Assembly (NCBI GenBank): GCA_051530055.1
Contig: JBMGUZ010000017.1
Coordinates: forward strand, 1-47,131
Direction: 5' to 3'
DNA length: 47,131 nucleotides
From: Neoechinorhynchus agilis
Taxonomy: Eukaryota; Animalia; Acanthocephala
Shown here: positions 10,711-25,015 of the stretch, one piece after another
How the letters are laid out: each line of letters opens with the position of its first letter
How positions within the stretch are numbered: position 1 is the stretch's first letter
Program-made: the position numbers and the translations under genes
The notes under the pieces: generated by a model
Told to the model about the DNA's origin: nothing
Seen by the model: only the letters and a program-made list of their open reading frames with translations
The model's database searches: none

Positions 10711-11007
10711 CTATTTACGTTTTCTTCGAATAAAAATTGATCCAAGAACGAACAATACGAAAAGTAAAATTAGTCCGTAGACCATAATGCGCTTACCAGA
10801 GCGACGAGTCGTGTTTACGGCCATTCCTAATGCTAATCTCGTTTTTGACAATGCGTCTTCTACATTGAAAAATCGGCTTGAGGTTTCATTTCTTAAAAGG
10901 TTTTGTTGGGATGAACATTCAGTTTGAAGATCGATTGTGACGTCGCGTAGACGATGAACTCTATCAGCCAATATATCTCGGCTCATTTCATTAGGATCGG
11001 TTTCCAT
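10711..11007 (-). CDS. BET1-like Qc-SNARE with C-terminal transmembrane anchor
   Basis: LADRVHRLRDVTIDLQTE...QQNLL coiled coil followed by hydrophobic IMVYGLILLFVLFVLGSIFI. BET1 versus BET1L cannot be decided. Confidence 0.7.
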   Translation of the reverse strand: METDPNEMSRDILADRVHRLRDVTIDLQTECSSQQNLLRNETSSRFFNVEDALSKTRLALGMAVNTTRRSGKRIMVYGLILLFVLFVLGSIFIRRKRK

Positions 11008-11353
11008 ATCTTAAAATTTGGAAATGTGAATGAAGTTTAAGTGGATGAAAAGATTAAGTGGAATCGAGACGTCAAAAACGAGAGAAGTTTGTTTTTTCCG
11101 TCAAGAATCATTTCAGCTTCTTAAAAGCAAGACATTTAAAGAACAATCGGGCCTCTGAAACCTATTGATTGCTCACCATCGTCTCAAATTTTAGTTTTGC
11201 CACGTGGACCCTCTTTTTTTCAATAATTGAAATGCTCGATTCGAAAATACTTAGTCTTGCTGCATAAAAGTGACTAACAAATTTAGGAAGTTTTGCTATT
11301 ATTCGTCGATATTTGTGTGCGAGAGAGAAAAAAACTAATCGGTCTTACATTAA

Positions 11354-12261
11354 TCACTGATTTAATGGCACAAACACTTGTCCTTGACCTTGAGTTGACT
11401 TTCGAGTGAACGACCACTTCAAAACACGTTCAATGCTTTGTTCAGTGTCCATAGGACACTCAGCGAACAGTTCAATTAAATTTTCGACGTCGCCAGGCGT
11501 TCGTATCGTATTCCAATTGACACTTCCACTTGATATTATCAGATTCTTTTCAATAAGAAGTATTAAAATAGCGCGGCGTTATCATTATAAACTCTAAAAA
11601 CCTTTCCATTTAAAGCAGCCGAATAAGCTTTTAAATGGCGAACAAATGCTTTCAATGCCAATTCATCGTTGATTGAACTAGCGTAATTAAGTTCAAATGT
11701 GGTTCCTCGATCCACTGCAGCTTTGATTATTCGTACTGGAACGGGAAAATAGTCGGTTGTTGCAGTATCCAAACAGATAATATCCGGACGAAATGCCGTC
11801 TGGTCACTGGCAAAGTATTTCAGCACGTCAAGTCCAACAGGTACAATGGAGACAATATCGAACCTTTGTCGAATTAAAGGATTCCTCTTTTATAAGCGAT
11901 TTTTTTCCATCAAATCAAAAGAACCAGAACTTACAAGCTCATCAACATGCTGATTATTTTTGAAAAAAACATTCAATCGCTTTAATATACGTTTGTCCTT
12001 TTCGATCATTAAGTCCGGAATTTCCAATCGACCAGTCGACTACATATTGTGTTTGAGCTGTGTGTGTTTTTGTCAAATTTTAAATACCTTCTTCGATTTT
12101 TTCCGATTAAATGCGTCCGTTAGGTGGAGATCGACGCTCACACCAACCATCTCGTAACCAACTAGAAACTCAGGATCGATTCGAAAAGAAAACTTAGAGT
12201 ACAAACGTTCAAATACTTTGGGGATACATGACGTTTTCACGTTGAGATCAATCGTTCGCAT
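11354..12261 (-). CDS. RPP30: RNase P/MRP subunit p30, 5 exons, 4 GT-AG introns of about 45-55 nt
   Basis: Manual splicing gives DLNV...ELGYEMVGVS, ILKRLNV, RFDIVSIVP, AAVDRGTTFELNYAS, GKNLIISSG...RTPGDVENL, colinear with RPP30. Confidence 0.9.
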
Positions 12262-13043
12262 CTGAAACACACACACAAAAGTAGCCTTTTGCTTCCTTGG
12301 AACGACGAAGTTGATCAAGTTTACCGTCGAAATGCGCACTTTTGTTTATCGGATGAACGAAATCAGAAATTCGGGTGAAATACTTTGAGCTCACGAGTGC
12401 TCATTTCAATTCCATAGACCCATAAAAAAAGAGGTGATCAGTTTTCCGAAAATAGGTTACAAGTCTATAACCGCGGTAAATTATTTCTTTTCGATTAAAA
12501 AGACGTTCCGTGAACCTCATCATCATCATCAATTTAGTAGCTAATAAACTGATTATGAAACCGTGGGTACAGACTTCTAAACAATAATTTCATTAAGATA
12601 AATTCATCATTGAGAGAGAGCGAGAAAATGCTTTTGAAAAAGTCTCATTTTGGTCATAAATTAGAAAGGTTTTTTGATGGTTCAGGCTGACCGATACTTT
12701 TAAACTAAAGTTTTGTTTCCTTCCATGTAACCCGAGGAATGGTGATGGTTCTCCGACCCACGCGCCCGACTACCTGAGCCAAACAAAACCATTCTAAACA
12801 TATAAGCCAAACGAGACTTCGAAATTATTTTCTTCGACCGGGAGATCCGATTTTTCATGTTTTCGTCAGAACTTTGAACCAAAAAAGCGTAAACTCACCA
12901 CGCCATGGACGATGATAGTTCGCCGCAACTTCTAAGACAAGAGAGTATTTCTAAGCATAAGTAATTGTGTGCGTTTAATCATTATGGCACACGCACAATA
13001 ACTGAGTCAATGTCATCGGCGGCGGCGGTGGTGGTGGTGGAGG

Positions 13044-16000
13044 TTACATATTCTCCCAATGGAGTCCATAGGCATGACTGTACGATTGGCCATATTTACT
13101 AGTGACTTGCGGTACGCTGTGCCCTAACCAGATTTTCTTGATTTTATCATACGCCGTCTTTGAAAACATGAGTTTGTCTCCTCGTCTGAGTAGATCGTCA
13201 GGTTCGCCGAACTCGTTAGCGTACGGTGCACTCATCTTTGCTCCTCGCACCTTAAGGGGTCGCCGACTGACCAATTGAAGGCAGATAATGAGACATTCCT
13301 TAATTCTCAACAATATCCCACAACCGGATCGCCATGAACACTTGGCAACGTGTCTACATGCTTCTCCTGCTACAGCTCGTCCATCCGCATCTCCGAAGAG
13401 ATCAGAAGGTTCTTCTAGGCTAAGCGTTGAATACTGATGCCTTGAACTGACCATCGCTCTTAGATTCTGTAATCTAACACTTACACAAATCAGTTCGCCA
13501 CACACAAGGCACAAATAGGCTTGTTTGCAATTCGGGACTCCGAGTCCATGGGAAACAGTCGAAGGTGCCAAAAGCATCACATATTCTTCTGGTAAACTCA
13601 TGAGGATTTGTTTGTGATGAAGTGAAGTAGACAGATAATAGGGAAAGTATGGCTGTTTGTCTATGTAAGAATGTTTGAACAACAAAACCCACAGATCCAT
13701 GTCATGTGGACCAAGTCCGAGGTAATCGAGGATTGTAGCCAGTTCCATTTCTGCCTCGCCGATTTCATAAGCATCCGCCATTATTTCATTGAATGGTTCC
13801 TGAATAAGATATCTTTTAAGATAACAAATGGCTCTTAGTAAAGGCATCGCCATCTCACTTATTGCTCGTCTGAGTTCAATTGCATTTGAGAACATCTTTG
13901 GTGTGGAACCTGGTGGTGCCACCATACCCAATGACATCGAGTGCTCTTCACGACTTTCAACGAGATGGATAAAAGTCTGCATTGCGAGGTTATCGCTACT
14001 TTCTGTACCATCTGAACTATAAGAAGGATTCAAATGCCAATAGGGCGACATGGTATTGACTATATTTAGACAATGTCTAGCAAGCGCCAGTCTTACGAAA
14101 CCAACGAAATAATCGCTGATGTGGGCATCTTGGAGTTTGCCCTCCTCATGAAGATATACATTCCAAGTACAAATAAGACAAAGAAGGGCGTTGATTACGT
14201 CCAATTCGGTCACCATGTCGGTCATCATAGGCTGAATGGATGGACTTTGGAGGAATTGGAGAGCACTCACAAACGCTGGCTTGATTTCTTCAGCTCTTCG
14301 ACTCATTGTGTGGTAGAAAAGAGGCGCAAACAGTTGTGATAGAAGAAGATGAGTACTGCTTGGTATTTGCTGTTCGCTGAAAATGTTCTTTTCACACAAC
14401 TGAAGGTATTGCTGATGGCAATAAAGGGTGTAAGTCGTTGAACACCACAGAGGCCATACATCAACGCAGTCACATGAAGGAGTTCCAAAATAACATTGTC
14501 GTAGAAAATCGCCATATTGACCAAGAATACGAGCACCTTCAACTACGTAGTGAAGATCTTCGCTGTTCCCAAACAACCAGCCAGTCAATTGTTTAGTATT
14601 CAATTTTTGTTTAGGAGACGAGACGACTATTTGGCGATGGACCGGCATTTCGAGATTTCTGATATCATTCGATCGCATATTCATGCCCAGCTCGACAATC
14701 TGGTAAATTCGCCCGGTTTCATAGTCCTGCTCAACGTTGAACATTGAGCCTTGTTCCTCGTTCGGTACACACATCCCCGGCTTTGTTGGATGTCGTGATT
14801 CGGTCTCAGCTACTTGGTTAATAAATTCATCGAAATATTTGGCAGTTTCGTCCATGTCCATCTTTTCGGTTTCTGTTTTTCCGGCACACTTAAGAGACGG
14901 GAGTAAGGGGAGTAGACAGTTATTGAGAGCTCGGCATAAAGGACACGGGAACTCATTCTGTTGTTTATCGTAGAAAAGATGCATTAAAGACATTGCCATT
15001 TCGTTTGTAACTCTGAGAGAAGTGAAATAGGAGTTGTAGCAATCGACGTGCATCATATGACCACATGAGTTAATGTGGACTCCATTGCGGCAAACAGGAG
15101 TCATCACAAACGGCAAAGGATAACTTTGAGCATCACAAGGCATCAGAACGTTCGATCGTTGAACGTAACACATCACACCCATTGGACGGTTATGAAGCCC
15201 CGCTGATTGTTTGTCTTGGCATATTATACAAGCGTATGCATTCGAACTTAAATTGTCAGCTTCCTGGACGTTGTCCAGGTCGACTTTATGGCTCTTAGCA
15301 AAATTCATTTGTTTACGTGCCATCATCTCGAGCATACGAGCTTTACGCTCCTTTGCCATTTTCTTAGAGCAGTGAATGCTGACTTTGACCGAAAAAGGAG
15401 CTGCCAAACCAACGAATCTCGCTGCTACTGTTTATCAACGAATTAGAATAATCGCGAAAAAAAAGAGACAGCCTTTTAGGTATTCAAGTTTTGTTCTCGA
15501 AAATGGGACAAAAAAATCAATTTACATTATTGAAATATTCTTGAAAAATAGTGCCCACACAAGTAATGAGTGATGGAACGTCTCACATATTTTAATGGGA
15601 ATTAATAAATTGTTTATCTGAACCTACAAGGAAAAAGCGAAGGTTCCCTTTTTAAAAATGTAGCGTTTTAAACTCTAGAAACTAAATGGCTACATAAAAA
15701 TTTAAAAAAAAATAGAACACGAACTGTGCACTTGGCGTCATCGTGATCAAACCTTTTTGTTTACATTTTGATTTAAATTTAAAAAAAACCAAGTCACCGT
15801 CAGACTCACTACATTACGCTGCTCATCCTGAATGGCTCGGTTATTGTCCAAAACCAGTGGTTGAGAAGTTTCTTCATAGCAAGGTAAGAGAGATCTGACA
15901 TAGGTAGCATGGTCTTTGAAATTACTAAGATAAGGTTCTTTAGATATGTCATTAAGCATTTTTGCAAGTTCTTTAGAGTATCTGTAGAATGCCGTGTCCT

Positions 16001-19000
16001 GACCTGGTGGTCGCTGTGCCGCAATTCCGATTAAATCCAGCGTCTTCCTTACTTGTCCGTCTGTACTAAGATGGTGTTTGGCAGGGCCTTCTTCGCCTTC
16101 GTACGTCCTAAGGGATAAGGCAAGTCGTAAGATCCTCATATAAATCTTAACCATTAAATCGCATTCAAGAATGTCAGGAATTGACTGTAGAACGTCTCTG
16201 AATGGAGGTGGGTTAGGAACGGGAAGGAAGTGGGGCATATTTTTTAACTTCCGCCATTCTAGTCGTGAATGCTCAGCTTCGTTGCGCTCCGAAACCGCAT
16301 ACCGATAATAGTAAGGATCGAATTCTGCGTCGGCTACCTCTGGTTTGATCGTGTAGAATATTGACGAATTTTCTGCACTTTGACGGCTAGATTGGGTCGA
16401 TATTTGCTCTAGAACTTGCTCAAAGATTTCTGGATTCGATTCGTTTAGATCACTAGCGGTTTCGTCAAGTCTGCGTATAATGGCAGCGTGAGTATTTGGT
16501 TTTATACAGAGGTAGTGAACAATCTGTCGACGAAGCCATTGTCCTAAACTGATTTGACCGATGTTCTGATTGTAGCGCTCGCAGACAACGTTCATGAGCA
16601 GATCGAGCATGTGTTCAACTACAAAGTTTGTCTGCTTGTATGTGTATCCGGAATCTTGAACATTAAGTTGGGTAATGTCCTCGAAGGATGCCCAAGGCTT
16701 TAGGCCATAGCGAAAAACGACTTGCGCCACAAATTCGTTTGGATCGCCGAACCAGGCTGCAGCCATTTGAAGCGCCTGAAGATCTCGGTCACTCATTTCC
16801 GAGCAGCATTGACCTGAAGAAAGAAGATGAAGTGAGTTTATGACAGAAGTTCCGTTTCGTATCCACATTTGAGCGCAAACTTGGCCCACCAAAGCACGTA
16901 TTGTTACTGGAGATTCCATGAATTGCCTTATTGTGAATCGTTCTTCAACAAGAGACATTGCATCGTGATAAGCGGATTTCCCTTCGTCCGTGTCTGCCCA
17001 GAATACAAGATGAGTCAGAAGTCCAGTGAGAAGACGAGTAGCAGGGTGATGTGCCGAGTGCTGAGCCTCCAGAACGTTCGTTGAGATGCAATGATAGAAA
17101 TCGCCACTGATTTGAACTTCTTCCAATACGATTTTGTCCGCTTGAATGTCCGGCAATTGATTATACAGAGCATTTATTACAGTTATGGTAGTGTTTAAAA
17201 GAAGCGGAAGCCGTTGGCTGATTATTTGATAAAAGAATCTGAGTATGGAGTGGAGTTTCATTAGGAAAACAAATGCAGATTCCCATTCGGGTTCCCGTGG
17301 AACATGGACGTCTACACGTCGTCTAAAACTGTTTACACCTTCAAACATGCAACTGAATTCGACAAGACTGGTTGCACCCGATAGCAGAGATCGATCAGTA
17401 ACCTCTAACATTGCCTTTTTTGAACTCTCGTCCAATGTACTGTAGCAGATCGCATTGATAACAGATTGAAGCAAATGGCGGACATCGCTCATCATTCTAA
17501 GACATTTTCGACCGAATAAAGATCGGTAGGATACATCAGCGTCGAAGACCAACACTCGACTACGACCATTTCCGGGATCGACCGTATGAAAATGTTGTCG
17601 AAGTCGATGACTGATACAACGGATAATCACACTCAAAGCGTCGTGGTCCCGAAGTGCACTCAGAGAAATACTCGGTGTTGTTAAGAACTGAACCGAGAGA
17701 TCAGAGCAACAATTGGTATCGTCGGTCATACTCATGTAGTGAGTCCACATTAGGTCGTAATTTGCGATATAATACTCTGCAACTAATTCCTTCCAACGAT
17801 TTTCCAGCAAGGCGACCACGAATATCCGAGTCCAGACAGCTCGCACTTCTTTCCATAATCGATCACAGTCCGGCATAATGGTGGCTAGCAAGGTTGGTCG
17901 TCCAGTCGCATAATCTTCACGCATGGAAGTAGCATCAGTTTCCATTGCTTCACAAAAGGCAAGACGAAAATGCTTTGAACGTCTTAAAAACTTCTCGATC
18001 ATATCCAGCACTTTATTTGCAGTATTTACTTGGACAAAAAACTCCCAAAAGCAAATACTGCCATGTAACAGCAAAATGTTGGAACTTAATCAATCTGAGA
18101 TGAGTAATTGATAGCTTAATTTGGGACATGTTCAATGCATTAACTCGCTGTTTGATGCGATTGATTATGGCAATACAATGATCTTTACGATCGACAAAAA
18201 GAACTCCTCTACCAACCTTATCGATGGTGTGTGCAATATCGTATCCTTGTGCCCGCGTCCGATTGAGACAATCAACCATAAGACTCGTGATATCTCCAAA
18301 CGAATGAACTTCGTCATTATAGGTAACAGTGACGAATTCCTCGTGTACATGCGGATCTTGTTCACTTTGAACTACATTTTCATCAATGACCGGCTTAGCG
18401 AACAAGATGTCTCGACAGAAATGAAGGAGCTTAGCGATTAGTTTCGTGCTAGACGGTTGTATAAAAACATTCGTTAGATCGCTATCATCTTCTGGTTCAT
18501 GAATGGAACAGTTTGGAAATGAAGTCCACGCTTCGTCATCGCCACAATCACAGAATCCACCGCCGTCCGATTGCTGGACGCGGTATCGGTGGTACCGATG
18601 AGCCGAATTCACAAAACATTCAGTACAAAAGACGCATGTTGGATCAATTGCACAATCCAGGCACTGATATATCACATCATTAGATACAAACATTCGACCG
18701 CATTGTTCAGTTTTCCGAGGTTCCAAATTTACCAAATATTGTAGATCGTGAGCACAACTCAATACGTCCAAAAGTACCTTTTCCAGACTTGTAGACTTGT
18801 CCGGAAGCAAAGTCGGTTTAAGCTCATAAACTTTCTCAACCTCGTCAACCTCATAGGCACGATGAATAGCTTCTTTCATCCAGCTAAGCATAAAGATCCT
18901 ATAGGTCGGCACAGTCAAGCAATTTTCTATTTGGGGCTTTATTATATCAACAAATCTTTTTACGTTAGATAATCCACTCAATTCTAAGTATTCTCCAAGT

Positions 19001-19386
19001 GTTTTGTCAAGATATCCCCGCCTTAGATCAATTATTCCATGATATGTACTGACGTCCGAATAAATATGTTCTGGGATAAGAAGACGAGGGACCCGTGAGC
19101 GCAATATCGATTGCATAAATCGTGGATAATCCGCATCGTCCTCTTCATCGTCGTCAATTAACATATCTTCAAGGCCATCATCAACCTCGAACACGTCGTC
19201 TTCTGTTATAGCATTCGCATCTAAAAATTGATCATTTCTAGCGTTTATCATGTCCGTTCCAATCTCCTCCAAGGCCGAATCATCATCGTTAATCGTTGCG
19301 TCTATTCCATCCTCCTGGTTAATTGGCCTCGCCGCTTCCTCTCCGTCGTTCGGAGGTGACGGTGGTGGAGGAGCATTATCATCCAT
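13044..19386 (-). CDS. UBR1: N-end rule E3 ubiquitin ligase UBR1/UBR2, 3 exons (GT-AG intron 15363-15809; unresolved frame break near 18018-18069)
   Basis: UBR box CGRMF...CLDCAIDPTCVFCTECF...H..HRY...GGGFCDCGDDEAW; ClpS-like YNDEVHSF; RING CIICQ...SCGHMMHVDC...CPLC; C-terminal CLVCGELIC...APYANEFGEPD..LRRG. Confidence 0.95.
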
Positions 19387-19740
19387 TGACCGATTCTATG
19401 TCTAAAATCCAAATTTTATAATGTTGGCATGGAAATTTTAGGTAAAAGAAGGGATTCAATCGACTCAAACTTAGTGAATTTAAAATATGAAGCATAACTT
19501 TTTTTGAATACGTGAGACAACATTACTTAATAAAAGAAATTTCACTTTGAATCTGATTTCAATTTAGGAAAACAGCCCAATCGAAACATTCCAATATCGA
19601 GAAACAGATTTCGGGGTACCGATGTATTCCTCAGTGTTTGCACGAATACAGCAAACTAGAAAGTATAACTTGGAACTAAAGAAATTCACTTGGAGATAAG
19701 TATTAATTTGCCTCATTATAGCAAGCAACTTTATTTTATA

Positions 19741-22700
19741 CTGTCAAGGTTCAATTTTAGAAATGGAGAAAATAGAAAACGGAAAAAGCGGATTCAATTT
19801 CAAGAACTTTTTTCAAAACTAAGAATAAGGCCGTATTTTTTGTACAAAAACATTACAAAATTAAACTGAGAGAGTAGTTTTAAGATGAGATGAAAGCGTT
19901 TATTTTTTGGGCAAAATTATTTAAAAAATACGAAACCTTCAACAAAAAAATGTCGAGGTCCCTTTTTGGAAGTGGAGAAAATGGAGAACGGAAAAAGTAG
20001 ACTCAATTTCAAGAACTATTTCAAGGCTAAGAATAAGGTCGTATTTTTTGTACAAAAACATTACAAAATTAAAAGGAGAGATAATTTTAAGATGAGATGA
20101 AAGCGTTTATTTCTTTAACCAAAATTATCTAAAAAATACGAAACCTTCAACAAAAACTGTCGAGGTTCAATTTTAGAAATGGAGGAAATAGAAAACGGAA
20201 AAAAAAGCGGATTCAATTTCAAGAACTTTTTTCAAAACTAAGAATAAGGCCGTGTTTTTTGTACAAAAACCTTACAAAATTAAAGTGAGAGATAATTTTA
20301 AGATGAGATGAAAGCGTTTATTTTTTGGGCAAAATTATTTAAAAAATACGAAACCTTCAACAAAAAAATGTCGAGGTCCCTTTTTGGAAGTGGAGAAAAT
20401 GGAGAACGGAAAAAGTAGACTCAATTTCAAGAACTATTTCAAGGCTAAGAATAAGGTCGTATTTTTTGTACAAAAACATTACAAAATTAAAAGGAGAGAT
20501 AATTTTAAGATGAGATGAAAGCGTTTATTTCTTTAACCAAAATTATCTAAAAAATACGAAACCTTCAACAAAAACTGTCGAGGTTCAATTTTAGAAATGG
20601 AGAAAATAGAAAACGGAAAAAGCGGATTCAATTTCAAGAACCTTTTCAAGACTAAGAATAAGGCCGTGTTTTTTGTACAAAAACCTTACAAAATTAAACT
20701 GAGAGATAATTTTAAGATGAGATGAAAGCGTTTATTTCTTTAACCAAAATTATCTAAAAAATACGAAACCTTCAACAAAAACTGTCGAGGTTCAATTTTA
20801 GAAATGGAGAAAATAGAAAACGGAAAAAGGATTCAATTTCAAGAACTTTTTCAAGACTAAGAATAAGGCCGTATTTTTTGTACAAAAACATTACAAAATT
20901 AAACTGAGAGATAATTTTAAGATGAGATGAAAGCGTTTATTTCTTTAACCAAAATTATTTAAAAAATACGAAACCTTCAACAAAAACTGTCGAGGTCCCT
21001 TTTTGGAAGTGGAGAAAAAGGGAACGGAAAAAGTGGACTCAATTTCAAGACTAAGAATTTGGCCGTGTTTTTTGTACAAAAACATTACAAAATTAAAAGG
21101 AGAGATAATTTTAAGATGAGATGAAAGCGTTTATTTCTTTAACCAAAATTATCTAAAAAATACGAAACCTTCAACAAAAACTGTCGAGGTTCAATTTTAG
21201 AAATGGAGAAAATAGAAAACGGAAAAAGCGGATTCAATTTCAAGAACCTTTTTCAAGACTAAGAATAAGGCCGTGTTTTTTGTACAAAAACCTTACAAAA
21301 TTAAACTGAGAGATAATTTTAAGATGAGATGAAAGCGTTTATTTTTTTGGGCAAAATTATTAAAAAAATACGAAACCTTTAACAAAAACTGTCGAGGTCC
21401 CTTTTTGGAAGTGGAAAAAAGGGAACGGAAAAAGTGGACTCAATTTCAAGAACTTTTTTCAAGACTAAGAATTTGGCCGTATTTTTTGTACAAAAACATT
21501 ACAAAATTAAAAGGAGAGATAATTTTAAGATGAGATGAAAGCGTTTATTTCTTTAACCAAAATTATCTAAAAAATACGAAACCTTCAACAAAAACTGTCG
21601 AGGTTCAATTTTAGAAATGGAGAAAATAGAAAACGGAAAAAGCGGATTCAATTTCAAGAACCTTTTTCAAGACTAAGAATAAGGCCGTGTTTTTTGTACA
21701 AAAACCTTACAAAATTAAACTGAGAGATAATTTTAAGATGAGATGAAAGCGTTTATTTCTTTAACCAAAATTATCTAAAAAATACGAAACCTTCAACAAA
21801 AACTGTCGAGGTTCAATTTTGGAAGTGGAGAAAATAGAAAACGGAAAAAGTGGATTCAATTTCAAGAACTTTTTTCAAGACTAAGAATAAGGCCGTATTT
21901 TTTGTACAAAAACATTACAAAATTAAAAGGAGAGATAATTTTAAGATGAGATGAAAGCGTTTATTTCTTTAACCAAAATTATCTAAAAAATACGAAACCT
22001 TCAACAAAAACTGTCGAGGTTCAATTTTAGAAATGGAGAAAATAGAAAACGGAAAAAGCGGATTCAATTTCAAGAACCTTTTTCAAGACTAAGAATAAGG
22101 CCGTGTTTTTTGTACAAAAACCTTACAAAATTAAACTGAGAGATAATTTTAAGATGAGATGAAAGCGTTTATTTCTTTAACCAAAATTATCTAAAAAATA
22201 CGAAACCTTTAACAAAAACTGTCGAGGTTCAATTTTAGAAATGGAGAAAATAGAAAACGGAAAAAGCGGATTCAATTTCAAGAACCTTTTTCAAGACTAA
22301 GAATAAGGCCGTATTTTTTGTACAAAAACATTACAAAATTAAAAGGAGAGATAATTTTAAGATGAGATGAAAGCGTTTATTTCTTTAACCAAAATTATCT
22401 AAAAAATACGAAACCTTCAACAAAAACTGTCGAGGTTCAATTTTAGAAATGGAGAAAATAGAAAACGGAAAAAGCGGATTCAATTTCAAGAACCTTTTTC
22501 AAGACTAAGAATAAGGCCGTGTTTTTTGTACAAAAACCTTACAAAATTAAACTGAGAGATAATTTTAAGATGAGATGAAAGCGTTTATTTCTTTAACCAA
22601 AATTATCTAAAAAATACGAAACCTTCAACAAAAACTGTCGAGGTTCAATTTTAGAAATGGAGAAAATAGAAAACGGAAAAAGCGGATTCAATTTCAAGAA

Positions 22701-25015
22701 CCTTTTTCAAGACTAAGAATAAGGCCGTGTTTTTTGTACAAAAACATTACAAAATTAAAATGAGAGATAATTTTAAGATGAGATGAAAGCGTTTATTTCT
22801 TTAACCAAAATTATCTAAAAATACGAAACCTTCAACAAAAACTGTCGAGGTTCAATTTTAGAAATGGAGAAAATAGAAAACGGAAAAAGCGGATTCAATT
22901 TCAAGAACCTTTTTCAAGACTAAGAATAAGGCCGTGTTTTTTGTACAAAAACCTTACAAAATTAAACTGAGAGATAATTTTAAGATGAGATGAAAGCGTT
23001 TATTTCTTTAACCAAAATCATCTAAAAAATACGAAACCTTTAACAAAAACTGTCGAGGTTCAATTTTAGAAATGGAGAAAATAGAAAACGGAAAAAGCGG
23101 ATTCAATTTCAAGAACCTTTTTCAAGACTAAGAATAAGGCCGTGTTTTTTGTACAAAAACATTACAAAATTAAACTGAGAGATAATTTTAAGATGAGATG
23201 AAAGCGTTTATTTCTTTAACCAAAATTATCTAAAAAATACGAAACCTTCAACAAAAACTGTCGAGGTTCAATTTTAGAAATGGAGAAAATAGAAAACGGA
23301 AAAAGCGGATTCAATTTCAAGAACCTTTTTCAAGACTAAGAATAAGGCCGTGTTTTTTGTACAAAAACATTACAAAATTAAACTGAGAGATAATTTTAAG
23401 ATGAGATGAAAGCGTTTATTTCTTTAACCAAAATTATCTAAAAAATACGAAACCTTCAACAAAAACTGTCGAGGTTCAATTTTAGAAATGGAGAAAATAG
23501 AAAACGGAAAAAGCGGATTCAATTTCAAGAACCTTTTTCAAGACTAAGAATAAGGCCGTATTTTTTGTACAAAAACATTACAAAATTAAAATGAGAGATA
23601 ATTTTAAGATGAGATGAAAGCGTTTATTTCTTTAACCAAAATTATCTAAAAAATACGAAACCTTCAACAAAAACTGTCGAGGTTCAATTTTAGAAATGGA
23701 GAAAATAGAAAACGGAAAAAGCGGATTCAATTTCAAGAACCTTTTTCAAGACTAAGAATACGTGTTTTTTGTACAAAAACATTACAAAATTAAACTGAGA
23801 GATAATTTTAAGATGAGATGAAAGCGTTTATTTCTTTAACAAAAATCATGTAAAAAATACGAAACCTTTAACAAAAACTGTCGAGGTTCAATTTTAGAAA
23901 TGGAGAAAATAGAAAACGGAAAAAGCGGATTCAATTTCAAGAACCTTTTTCAAGACTAAGAATAAGGCCGTGTTTTTTGTACAAAAACCTTACAAAATTA
24001 AACTGAGAGATAATTTTAAGATGAGATGAAAGCGTTTATTTCTTTAACAAAAATCATGTAAAAAATACGAAACCTTTAACAAAAACTGTCGAGGTCTCTT
24101 TTTGGAAGTGGAGAAAATGGAGAACGGAAAAAGTGGACTCAATTTCAAGAACTATTTCAAGGCTAAGAATTTGGCCGTGTTTTTTGTACAAAAACATTAC
24201 AAAATTAAAAGGAGAGATAATTTTAAGATGAGATGAAAGCGTTTATTTCTTTAACCAAAATCATCTAAAAAATACGAAACCTTCAACAAAAACTGTCGAG
24301 GTTCAATTTTAGAAATGGAGAAAATAGAAAACGGAAAAAGCGGATTCAATTTCAAGAACCTTTTTCAAGACTAAGAATAAGGCCGTGTTTTTTGTACAAA
24401 AACCTTACAAAATTAAACTGAGAGATAATTTTAAGATGAGATGAAAGCGTTTATTTCTTTAACCAAAATCATCTAAAAAATACGAAACCTTCAACAAAAA
24501 CTGTCGAGGTTCAATTTTAGAAATGGAGAAAATAGAAAACGGAAAAAGCGGATTCAATTTCAAGAACCTTTTTCAAGACTAAGAATTTGGCCGTGTTTTT
24601 TGTACAAAAACCTTACAAAATTAAACTGAGAGATAATTTTAAGATGAGATGAAAGCTTTTATTTCTTTAACAAAAATCATGTAAAAAATACGAAACCTTC
24701 AACAAAAACTATCGAGGTCTCTTTTTGGAAGTGGAGAAAATAGAAAACGGAAAAAGCGGATTCAATTTCAAGAACCTTTTTCAAGACTAAGAATAAGGCC
24801 GTGTTTTTTGTACAAAAACCTTACAAAATTAAACTGAGAGATAATTTTAAGATGAGATGAAAGCGTTTATTTTTTTAACCAAAATCATCTAAAAAATACG
24901 AAACCTTCAACAAAAACTGTCGATGTCCCTTTTTGGAAGTGGAGAAAATGGAGAACGGAAAAAGTAGACTCAATTTCAAGAATTTTTTTCAAGACTAAGA
25001 ATTTGGCCGTATTTT
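19741..25015. repeat. Satellite DNA, about 25 monomers of about 208 bp, two subtypes
   Basis: GAGGTTCAATTTTAGAAATGG recurs with a 208-bp period (for example 21601 to 21809). Confidence 0.98.

Noticed and set aside
12700-12960. Possible small spliced gene between UBR and RPP30 (GTGAGT donor, CTCAG acceptor)
   Set aside because: The spliced peptide is short, lacks a start codon and has no recognisable homology.
19741-25015. Possible SL RNA gene array (AG|GT plus an AATTTTGG Sm-like motif)
   Set aside because: The Sm-like motif is only about 5 nt from the GT and is imperfect in most monomers; no SL-type stem-loops are evident.
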